From Candidatus Thorarchaeota archaeon SMTZ1-45 (lineage in GTDB: Archaea; Asgardarchaeota; Thorarchaeia; Thorarchaeales; Thorarchaeaceae), in NCBI GenBank assembly GCA_001563335.1, contig LRSL01000117.1, positions 1 through 64,000 on the forward strand: a stretch of 64,000 nucleotides of DNA, written 5' to 3'. Below the pieces are notes generated by a model that was not told the DNA's origin, made no database searches, and saw nothing but the letters and a program-made list of their open reading frames with translations. The translations under genes were made by a program, and so were the position numbers. This document shows, in pieces, positions 30,167 through 38,737 of the stretch; positions within the stretch are counted from its first letter, which is position 1; the number at the start of each line of letters is the position of its first letter.

Positions 30167-33160
30167 CTATGAAATAGGAATTTCAACTTCGAATGTTGTT
30201 TCTCTCTCTTGCAGCAGTCTAATCTTCCAGCCATGTGCTTCAACGAGACGCTTGACAATAGCTAAACCAAATCCTTGACCAATCTTGCTGGTAGTAAAAC
30301 CACGCAAGAAGATCTTAGCACGCTGAGGCTCTGGGATTTTTTCTCCATCATTCCTTACCTTGATTTTAAATAAACCATCAGTCTTTGAAGCATTAACTTC
30401 TATCCTGTTTGGTTTCCCATGTCGGATTGCATTGTCGAAGAGGTTACGAAAGATTTGAGCAACTTTCCTTCTGTCTGCACTCACAACTGGCAGCTTATCT
30501 TGCGTATAGTCTACGCTATTTGGGATGATTGATTTTGCTACTTCCTCTACCAGAGAAGATAGATCAACATTCATGGTTTCCTCGATTATCAGACCAGCAT
30601 CTGCGAGAGCCACTGAATGGTCTAACATTTCACCTGTTTCCTTCAACAAGATCCGTAATCTTGTGAGATAGTCGAAATCCTGTTCTTCTTGAACGAGCTC
30701 AATGAATCCGTACATATTATGAAAGATGTTTTTTAGGTCATGACTCATAGAGTGCGCGAAATCGCTAAGTTCTTCCTTCTGCTTCTTGAGCATCTCAAGA
30801 GCATTTTTCTGCTCAGTGATATCTGCCATTACACCTTCAATGTAGCCTTTTTCTGACCAGAGGCTGAGAGAAAAACGCATCCAACGCAGCTCACCATTTT
30901 TCGTTGACACAGGTAGTTCAGTGACAAACCGCTGTTGCACTCGAAGTTTCTCCTTCAGAAATTCCCACTCATTTGGCTGTTTGAGAATGTCAATAACAAA
31001 ACTTGAGCTGTCGATCATTAAGCCTTCCTTTTCAAATCCCAATATACTTGCAAACTGGTCATTGCATTCAAGTATCAATCCATCAGAAATTCTAGCTCTA
31101 AATAATCCTACCAAAGCATTGTTGTACAATTCTTTGTAGCTTTCTCTACTCTCTATTAATGCCTGTTCAGCGAGAGTTCTATCAGTCACATTTTGTACAT
31201 GAATTATGAAACCTTGAAGGTCTTCTTCTTTCCCATATTTTATGGGTGAATATACGCATTCAATATGAATTATCCCACTCTTGGTAGTATTGTAAAGGTC
31301 ATTATCTTTAACTATCGAGAAATCAAACTTATACTGAGCAAACGCTAACTCTCCTCTGCGAAGACTCTCTTTTGCATATTCAGGAGTGTTAGGATCTGCA
31401 AACAAATCGAAGCCAACGAATTCCTCCAATGACTCTACTCCGAATAGGTCAAGTGCAGCCTTGTTTGCTCTAACGAGTATTCCATCCGAATCAAATAGTT
31501 CGATGCATATAGGCGACTCCTCAAAAATGGTACGGAACATCTCTTCATTTGCACGTAAAGCAGATTCAGTCAGTTTACGCTCAGTTATGTCTGTAGCATG
31601 CATGACATATCCTCTAGACATGCCATTTTCATCCAGAAGTGATGACAAAGTGACATCCATATATACGACATCGTTACGAGATGTCTGAAGGATGCCCTTG
31701 GCTTTAACATACTCAAAATCCCATTTATACATAAATCGATAGACATTGCCATTGCGAATATTTTCCAAGACATCGTCAGGCAAATTCGACTCTTCAAATA
31801 GATTAAGCCTAAAAGCATCTTCCTTGCTCTCTAAGCCAAGTAAATCAAGACCTGCTTTGTTAATGTCTAATAGAAATCCCTCCGAGTCGAAAATGCCCAC
31901 TGCTCCAGGTGCGTGATCAAATACTCCTTGCCACCACTTCTCTCGGATTTTCTCAGTTTCAGTCACAACATCCATTTTGATTTCACTGGCAGAACAGAGA
32001 ATCGCAGTGACTTTTCCATCTTCATCGGTCATGACTCTATCTTGACAGATAATCTTCTTTTCTACACCTTCTGGTGTAATGATCACCATCTCACAGGATC
32101 CACCTGGTCCACCGCCAATAAGAGATGAGAGATACTGTGCAGCGGTTTCTCGACTATCTTCAGGGATAAACGATTCAATCCAGTTTCTACCTACAATATC
32201 TTTCTCTTCGCAGTTGAGAAGTTCACCTCCCTTTTGGTTTATCATTGTTATATTGAACTTAGGATCTAGAGCCAGAATCATTGTGCCAGCAAGGTCGAGA
32301 TACCTTTGCGCTTTATCTCGTTCTTCTCTAAGTAGTATTTCTTGCTGAACTCTCGTGGTTATATCTTGGACTGTCCCCATCATGCGAACCGCATTTCCAT
32401 CCTCATTAAACGTAACTTCAGCTTCTTCGTGAACGAAACGTATCACTCCATCAGGAAGTACAATCCTATGGTCTATGCTATACTTCTGATTGTCATGAAT
32501 AGCTTTGTTAACTGATTCACGGACAAAATCTCTATCATCAGAATGAACTGAGTCGAGAAATGCATCATAGGTTGCTTCAAACTCTTGTGGGGCTAATCCG
32601 AATATCCGATAAATCTCATCTGACCATGCGATGTTATCCTCGATAATATCCCAATCCCAATGGCCTAAATGAGCAATACTTTGAGCTTCAGCAAGCTTAG
32701 CTTCACTCTCACGAAGTCTCCGCTCAGACTCAACGAGTGCTCTCTCGGTTCTACGCTTTTTTACAGATGTATGGATGTAATATGATAGCTCAGCATACAA
32801 CCCTTCGATCTCAGATGAACTTTTTCGAATATAATAGTCCGCCCCAAGATTGAGTGCTTGAATTGCGATTTCCTCTCGACTTTTCCCAGTGAAGATGATG
32901 ATGGGGATATCAAACTCGTTTACTCTGACTTGTTCAAGAATATCAAGACCTGTAGGTTGGTCTTCACCAAGATCGATATCGCATACAGCAGCATCGAATT
33001 TACCTTCTAAAAGAAGATTCATCGCTTCCTCAGGTTTTTCCACAGGCACAATCTCATATTCTGAACTTTGCCGCTTCAAGAACTGCTCACTAAGTTCGAG
33101 ATGCACTGGGTCGTCGTCTACCATAAGAACTCGGATGACCATCTTAATACACAGCCCCAT
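30167..33160 (-). CDS. Hybrid sensor histidine kinase: REC, multiple PAS, HisKA, HATPase
   Basis: VLMVDDD...CDIDL...FTGK receiver, about 5 PAS/PAC repeats, SHDLKN H-box, NLFDNAIRH, GQGFGLAIV. Confidence 0.93.
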   Translation of the reverse strand: MGLCIKMVIRVLMVDDDPVHLELSEQFLKRQSSEYEIVPVEKPEEAMNLLLEGKFDAAVCDIDLGEDQPTGLDILEQVRVNEFDIPIIIFTGKSREEIAIQALNLGADYYIRKSSSEIEGLYAELSYYIHTSVKKRRTERALVESERRLRESEAKLAEAQSIAHLGHWDWDIIEDNIAWSDEIYRIFGLAPQEFEATYDAFLDSVHSDDRDFVRESVNKAIHDNQKYSIDHRIVLPDGVIRFVHEEAEVTFNEDGNAVRMMGTVQDITTRVQQEILLREERDKAQRYLDLAGTMILALDPKFNITMINQKGGELLNCEEKDIVGRNWIESFIPEDSRETAAQYLSSLIGGGPGGSCEMVIITPEGVEKKIICQDRVMTDEDGKVTAILCSASEIKMDVVTETEKIREKWWQGVFDHAPGAVGIFDSEGFLLDINKAGLDLLGLESKEDAFRLNLFEESNLPDDVLENIRNGNVYRFMYKWDFEYVKAKGILQTSRNDVVYMDVTLSSLLDENGMSRGYVMHATDITERKLTESALRANEEMFRTIFEESPICIELFDSDGILVRANKAALDLFGVESLEEFVGFDLFADPNTPEYAKESLRRGELAFAQYKFDFSIVKDNDLYNTTKSGIIHIECVYSPIKYGKEEDLQGFIIHVQNVTDRTLAEQALIESRESYKELYNNALVGLFRARISDGLILECNDQFASILGFEKEGLMIDSSSFVIDILKQPNEWEFLKEKLRVQQRFVTELPVSTKNGELRWMRFSLSLWSEKGYIEGVMADITEQKNALEMLKKQKEELSDFAHSMSHDLKNIFHNMYGFIELVQEEQDFDYLTRLRILLKETGEMLDHSVALADAGLIIEETMNVDLSSLVEEVAKSIIPNSVDYTQDKLPVVSADRRKVAQIFRNLFDNAIRHGKPNRIEVNASKTDGLFKIKVRNDGEKIPEPQRAKIFLRGFTTSKIGQGFGLAIVKRLVEAHGWKIRLLQERETTFEVEIPIS

Positions 33161-33280
33161 TTTGAAATAATCAACTACCTTCTTATTATCTTTGACAAAA
33201 TAGAGAATTAGGGGGAAACATCTGCAAACCTTATATCGGTCTAGATACTCTGTCGTGTATACTTAGGGAGGTAACTCTTA

Positions 33281-34669
33281 TTGGGAATCCCATTGTTTGA
33301 TGGTATCGGTGTCTTCTTCAGAAAACGGAGATACCTTGCTTATTTCATTGTGTTTGTAGCCACTACCTTTCTTGGTCTATTCATGTCATGGTTGATGAGT
33401 ACCTATGCAGGCACACCTGTTGAGGCGACTCTTGTCTACTTCTTTGCTTACATTGGCTCAGCGGGTACAATCTATTTCGCTTTTGGATCTTTAATCACTG
33501 GCATAGGTATTGATAGACTGTGGATTACTAGACGTGGTAGAGGTAGAACCACAGAACTGAAAGGAGTAAGTTGGATGGCTGTGTCTTTTGCCATCTCTGT
33601 ATTTCTTTCAATTCTAACAGGTCCAACGACCATGCTCTTCTTTGCTATTTTCTGTTGGGTTGGTTGGATAGCTTTTCAGGGTTATCTATCCACTCGAACA
33701 AGCTTGAGGCTTGCTACAATTGCAGAACCTAAGAAGGGAGGTGTCCTTTTAGGCACAGGGAGTTTCATTCTTCTTCTCATTGGGCTTGTCTTGATTGGTG
33801 CAGAAGCCTTACTCGCTTTATATCTAGTCCCGAATGATATCCTTGGTATTGGCACCCTTATCAATGGCATTTTTACTGACGCGACGAACAATATAATGCT
33901 GCAATACAACTTTCTGATCGTGGCTTATGCTATGATGGGACTTTTCGCGCTCGTCATGTTATTATCATTCATCAGGAATATTGGCAAGGGCGCCGCATTG
34001 AACATTGCCTTGCTAACCAATTTCATTGCAATATATGCAGGATACTTTCTGGTTAATGTGATGAGAAGGGGTGGCATATTTGGCATGACTCCTGTAGACA
34101 TTGCTATGTCTCTCTTCTTCCTAGCATATGCCTTAAGTGGAATAGGACGAACAGCCACAGAAGCAGCTGAGAAACCGGGTGGACGTTCAGGTGATTTCGG
34201 ACCTCTTGCTACATTCTTCCTTGCAAGTGGTTACTTCTTCGTGGATAGTATAATCGCAGTAGCTTCCAATCCTTCCACTCAGATATGGGACTGGTTCCAA
34301 GCAGGCATTCTAGCTGATCCACGCTTTCTCTTCCTCTTCAGAGATGTAGCTAAATTGATCGCCTTCCCACTAGCAGCAATCTTTACTGCAGTCTACTATC
34401 TACGTTATGAACGAACAGAACGGATAGTAAGTAGAGCACGCGAGGCTGGTGAAACATTTGCTCCAGATGAAGTTGATAAAGAGATTGCAGATAGAACTCC
34501 AGATCCCGGCGAAGCATGGCCAAGTGAGAGAGCTGAGGGAATCAAGGAAGGAAAACCTGGTCATGATCTGTCAGCGCCAGACACTCGTAGGTTGTCCGTT
34601 GATGACAGTCGGCGTCTTGGTAAACCTAAACGTCTTGGTGAAGAAGACGAGGATGATGAAGGCAACTAG
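33281..34669 (+). CDS. Polytopic membrane protein with acidic C-terminal tail, unknown function
   Basis: About 10 TM helices. GGAGGT RBS with TTG start. Confidence 0.8.
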   Translation: MGIPLFDGIGVFFRKRRYLAYFIVFVATTFLGLFMSWLMSTYAGTPVEATLVYFFAYIGSAGTIYFAFGSLITGIGIDRLWITRRGRGRTTELKGVSWMAVSFAISVFLSILTGPTTMLFFAIFCWVGWIAFQGYLSTRTSLRLATIAEPKKGGVLLGTGSFILLLIGLVLIGAEALLALYLVPNDILGIGTLINGIFTDATNNIMLQYNFLIVAYAMMGLFALVMLLSFIRNIGKGAALNIALLTNFIAIYAGYFLVNVMRRGGIFGMTPVDIAMSLFFLAYALSGIGRTATEAAEKPGGRSGDFGPLATFFLASGYFFVDSIIAVASNPSTQIWDWFQAGILADPRFLFLFRDVAKLIAFPLAAIFTAVYYLRYERTERIVSRAREAGETFAPDEVDKEIADRTPDPGEAWPSERAEGIKEGKPGHDLSAPDTRRLSVDDSRRLGKPKRLGEEDEDDEGN

Positions 34670-34680
34670 TACATTGGGAT

Positions 34681-34699
34681 GAGGGTCTCTACGACCCTC
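34681..34699 (+). terminator. Hairpin followed by T-rich tract
   Basis: gagggtc-tctac-gaccctc followed by tctttccattgttttatttt. Confidence 0.5.
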
Positions 34700-34753
34700 T
34701 CTTTCCATTGTTTATTTTAGTAAAAATCATGTAGGGTGATACGTGGACTCAGT

Positions 34754-34903
34754 CTAGAGGACCATTGTAACAAACATTAGAATTGTGAACAAGATAGAAA
34801 CTAATGCGCAATTCACGCAGAGTCCTTCTTCAATCTCTTTCTTATCGCGTTTGCTTAATTTCTGAGATTCGGCAACTTCCTCTTCCTTGTTTTCATTAGT
34901 CAT
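34754..34903 (-). CDS. 49-aa tail-anchored membrane protein (absent from the ORF track)
   Basis: AGGAGG RBS, then MTNENKEEEVAESQKLSKRDKKEIEEGLCVNCALVSILFTILMFVTMVL*. Confidence 0.65.
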   Translation of the reverse strand: MTNENKEEEVAESQKLSKRDKKEIEEGLCVNCALVSILFTILMFVTMVL

Positions 34904-34971
34904 ATGGTGGCCTCCTGAATGTTGATTGTTATTCTCAAGCAGTATTAAAGGTACTTGTTTTCTTCAGCCTT

Positions 34972-35514
34972 CTAAATTGGCAACTTCTTTTCAAGCTCAA
35001 TTTCATCAGTTATTTCTATTCCATCAAACCCAAGCAGAGGAATTTCCGGTTTCAATTTTCGAGATTTCTTGATTGCTCCTTGGTATACTGCCTTTATTTT
35101 GAATCCCACTGCTTGATAGAATTCCAATGCTGGAGTGTTGTCATTTGTTGTGATGACCCATACCCGAGAACATCCATTATCAGCTGCTATGTTTACAGCT
35201 TGATTCACCAAGTGTCTACCTATTCCCTCTCTTTGTATTAGAGCATTCAAGGTCACTATTTCGAGCATTTTCCTATCAATATTGTAGGTGAGTAAGCCTA
35301 TCCTCTGTTCATCTTTTTCAGCGATTAATCCTGGTAATGAATCTGCGTTATGTACAACCCCTCTAGTAACTACTCTGCATGAGTCCCAACTTTCTGTGAG
35401 AATTTCTCTGATCCACTCGATGTCAGATTCTTCTATTTCACGAATATAGTATTGTTTCGTTTCTTTCAGAGTTTGTCCCTCCCCTATGGAACTCAAGCTT
35501 GATGATAAAACCAC
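34972..35514 (-). CDS. GNAT acetyltransferase
   Basis: YIREIE, QREGIGRHL, ITTNDN..ALEFYQAVGF. Exact start uncertain. Confidence 0.88.
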   Translation of the reverse strand: MVLSSSLSSIGEGQTLKETKQYYIREIEESDIEWIREILTESWDSCRVVTRGVVHNADSLPGLIAEKDEQRIGLLTYNIDRKMLEIVTLNALIQREGIGRHLVNQAVNIAADNGCSRVWVITTNDNTPALEFYQAVGFKIKAVYQGAIKKSRKLKPEIPLLGFDGIEITDEIELEKKLPI

Positions 35515-35590
35515 TGTGTCTACGCCCCAAATGATTTATGTTAACACGTTCTATACCATAAATGCACCATTCTAATAGGAGGTATCTCCA

Positions 35591-36091
35591 ATTTACAACT
35601 ACGCAGAAGTTGTCATACGAAAAGCCGCACTGGGCGAAGTAGATGTAATCAAGGAGATTGTTAAAGAGGCATACCAACCTATAATGAAAAAATTGTCACG
35701 AACACCTGCAGCATTAGAAGAAGGATTGGGCAAAATTTCGCGCCATATACAAATGGGCAATCAGTACGTGGCTCTTGTTGGAGACACTGTTGTTGGAACG
35801 ATGAGGGTCAGCCTCCATGGCCAAGTTGGAGTAATTGCTAGAGTTGCTGTTCGTCAGAAGTATCGAGGACGAAGAATAGGTACAATGCTAGTTGATTATG
35901 CTGAAAATTTGTTGAGCCACATGAATGCAAAGCGGATAGAGATTGAAGTATACGGTGCTGTTGAAGATCAAATCTCATTCTACGAGCGTGCAGGGTATAT
36001 TGAAATCAAGCGAATTGAACGCCTTGGTGAAGAGATTGTAGTAATGCAAAAAGAATTGACTGAGGAACTTTTAGAAGACGAAGAGGAATAG
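35591..36091 (+). CDS. GNAT acetyltransferase (probable ATT start)
   Basis: RVAV..KYRGRRIGT, FYERAGY. The GNAT N-terminal strand/helix (VVIRKA...VIKEIVKEAY) lies upstream of ATG 35684. Confidence 0.85.
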   Translation: MYNYAEVVIRKAALGEVDVIKEIVKEAYQPIMKKLSRTPAALEEGLGKISRHIQMGNQYVALVGDTVVGTMRVSLHGQVGVIARVAVRQKYRGRRIGTMLVDYAENLLSHMNAKRIEIEVYGAVEDQISFYERAGYIEIKRIERLGEEIVVMQKELTEELLEDEEE

Positions 36092-36093
36092 AC

Positions 36094-36879
36094 TCACTTT
36101 TTTTTCTTTGCACACCTTTTAGCAATTAAAGCTGCTACAGAGCCTGCACCCAAACCATTCCCAATATTAACAACTGAAAGACCTGGTGCACATGTCTGTA
36201 ACATTGAAGCTAATGCTGTTTCACCCTTGCCACCATGGCCATATCCAGTTGGAACAGGCACACCAATAACAGGTAAATCGATCAATGATGCGACTACTGT
36301 TGGTAATGCACCCTCCATTCCTGCGAACACCACAACTGCATCAACATCTTCATCTATTATCTTCTGGATAGGTTCAATCAATCTGTGAATACCAGCGACA
36401 CCAACATCATAGAATGTCAATACACCTACACCCATTAATCGAGCGATTGCTTCTGCTTCACGTGCATAGATGACATCCGAAGTTCCTGCAGTAAGAATTG
36501 CAATCTTTCCATTCTTTGGTGGCTCTGACCAGGATTTTGAATACACAAAGACTGTAAGATGGTTGTCAGAACCTAGTTCTTCAATTATAAGACTTGGATG
36601 TGCTTGTTTTATACCATCTAATTTGTCCTGATCCATTCTAGTGAGTAGAACAACACCATTTTTCTCAACCAGAGTCTGCACAATTCGCACAATACTCTCA
36701 GTTGTCTTTGTTTCAGCAAGTACGACCTCTGGGACACCAGTACGTTCCTGTCTATTTACATCTATTAAACCGATGTCTCCAATTCTCGCAAGAGCTAGGG
36801 CTCTAAGTTCTTTTTCTGCATCATCGATAGAAATTTTCCCAGATGCCAAGTCTTCAAGTATTTCACGTGTGGATGTCAT
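36094..36879 (-). CDS. larB: Nickel-pincer cofactor biosynthesis protein LarB
   Basis: R..RTGVPEVV, AGTSD, DVGVAGIHRL, AGMEGALP, VPTGYG, SMLQTCAPG, VVNIGNG. Confidence 0.92.
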   Translation of the reverse strand: MTSTREILEDLASGKISIDDAEKELRALALARIGDIGLIDVNRQERTGVPEVVLAETKTTESIVRIVQTLVEKNGVVLLTRMDQDKLDGIKQAHPSLIIEELGSDNHLTVFVYSKSWSEPPKNGKIAILTAGTSDVIYAREAEAIARLMGVGVLTFYDVGVAGIHRLIEPIQKIIDEDVDAVVVFAGMEGALPTVVASLIDLPVIGVPVPTGYGHGGKGETALASMLQTCAPGLSVVNIGNGLGAGSVAALIAKRCAKKKK

Positions 36880-36923
36880 CGTATTCCTGACAGGTTAGCT
36901 ACTTCTTCTTTTATGTGCGTTTC

Positions 36924-38006
36924 TTAAGGGACAATCTCGCAACCATTGTTATACTTCGGGTAATTAAGCGCATCAATTGATATAATGCCTTCTGCTATGA
37001 TTTCCCTAACTTCTTCGACATGTTTCCTTAATGAGTCAAAGAGATGTTGAGAAACTTGACAAACCTTATTAAAACCTTCATCACCCCAAAGCCTTTGTCT
37101 GTTTGCGAAAAGACATCGTCCTCCACACAATCCATAATCGTCGCAAGATGGACAAGGTTCAACAACACTCATAGAGTCCTTCAATTGTTGAGGATTTGAA
37201 TCCCATATATTACCAACAATTGAAAACTCCCAATCAGGAGATATTGGACACACCCCTATCTTACCATCAACATGAATTGCAAATGTGTCTAAACCAGAAC
37301 CACACCTTAGTTTGGAGGTTTCTCCTGTTATGAGGCTATACATAAGCGGCATAAATGGAACAATCCCCTCCACAGTACCTGATTTCATATTTCCTACCCA
37401 CTCTTCCACAAGTTGAGTAATTCCAGGATTATAGATTTCATTAGTCCACCTATCAAAATCCTGCCAATTGTCTTCTGCATCCCAGATGACATTAAGCTGC
37501 CAATGTACGTGGTCAAAAGAAGGATTTTCGAGATCGATTAGATGTCTAACATCTTTGTAGATGTCTGTCTGTTCTGAAACAGCCATTCTAGCAACAATGT
37601 TTCCTTTATAGCCAAGCTTGCGAAGCCATTTGACATTCTTGATTACTTTTTTGTAGACTCCCTTAGAGCGATATCCATCTGTTGTTTCTTCTGTTCCATC
37701 GATAGATACAAGGATTGAGTGGAATCTCTTGATGTATGCTTCACGGATCTTATCTAGATGGAGCCCATTGGTCTGAAGCATGAATCTTTCCTTTGGAAAG
37801 TGGTCCATCAGTTCAACGATTAAAGGAACCCTAAGTGTAGGCTCACCGCCATAAAGCATGAGCTGTACATCCTTGTCCTTCTTGAGAAAGGTTGCTAGAT
37901 CATTCATCGAATACTGAATCTCAGTATCTGGTCCAATCTCTTCGCCTCCATGACAATAGAAGCAATTGAGATTACACCTTCTAGTTAGGACCAGATGATA
38001 GTTCAA
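36924..38006 (-). CDS. Radical SAM/SPASM protein (archaeal AF0577-like putative peptide-modifying family)
   Basis: CNLNCFYC, YGGEP, QTNG, SIDG, SPASM Cys set (CGSG, CP, CPSC...CGGRC) and C-terminal CEIVP. Confidence 0.88.
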   Translation of the reverse strand: MNYHLVLTRRCNLNCFYCHGGEEIGPDTEIQYSMNDLATFLKKDKDVQLMLYGGEPTLRVPLIVELMDHFPKERFMLQTNGLHLDKIREAYIKRFHSILVSIDGTEETTDGYRSKGVYKKVIKNVKWLRKLGYKGNIVARMAVSEQTDIYKDVRHLIDLENPSFDHVHWQLNVIWDAEDNWQDFDRWTNEIYNPGITQLVEEWVGNMKSGTVEGIVPFMPLMYSLITGETSKLRCGSGLDTFAIHVDGKIGVCPISPDWEFSIVGNIWDSNPQQLKDSMSVVEPCPSCDDYGLCGGRCLFANRQRLWGDEGFNKVCQVSQHLFDSLRKHVEEVREIIAEGIISIDALNYPKYNNGCEIVP

Positions 38007-38138
38007 ATGTGATACTCTCCATGCTCTAATATCAGATGAAAAGAGTAGATTGCATAAACATTCCCATCAATACTCGATGTCTATTCACAGCTAATATTGA
38101 CCTGAACAAGAAGAAGAATTTCTTGATATTTGCACAGC

Positions 38139-38591
38139 TTATGCGAATTTTAACTTCCAAAGTCGATAAGTTTCAAACCAAGCAAAAATGGCACCTATAA
38201 TACCAACGCCAAGTCCAATATAACGATCAAATAGCCCTAATGGAATATTCAGTGTCATAATAAAATACGCTAAAGTGTAGACTGAGAAAAAGATTGCCAC
38301 AAATGAATATCTTGGCAACAAAACTCCTCGGAAGGCAATGAAATTCTGAAGTACTCCGACCTTCACTAGTTTCTTTAGTTCATATGTATTATCAGATTTT
38401 TTCTCTATAAGTTCAAGTGACTCTAACTTTGCTAAATGGTGACTTGCTACTGATGGACTGGACATGCTAATCGCTCTTTGAACCTCTCTAACGCCAACTG
38501 AGGAATTCTGCGATAACATATACCAATATACTCTTAGAGTATTGCCTCGGAGTTCTGGTTCTAAATTACGCTCATCCTTTGTTGAGCTCAT
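38139..38591 (-). CDS. Membrane-anchored winged-helix transcription regulator
   Basis: GVREVQRAISMSSPSVASHHLAKL wHTH followed by two TM helices. Confidence 0.8.
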   Translation of the reverse strand: MSSTKDERNLEPELRGNTLRVYWYMLSQNSSVGVREVQRAISMSSPSVASHHLAKLESLELIEKKSDNTYELKKLVKVGVLQNFIAFRGVLLPRYSFVAIFFSVYTLAYFIMTLNIPLGLFDRYIGLGVGIIGAIFAWFETYRLWKLKFA

Positions 38592-38737
38592 TCACCACGC
38601 CATTTTCTTGTCATATAATTAGGATTAATGTCTTATCATCTCATGTCATTGTTCTAGTTTTAGTACCAGATGAATAAAGCTCATCATAGGGTGTTCTATT
38701 CCATGGTACTAAGTAGAGTTGAAGCTAACTGTATATT

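Noticed and set aside
30167-33160. REC-PAS-kinase as a novel system
   Set aside because: Common archaeal hybrid kinase architecture with ordinary motifs.
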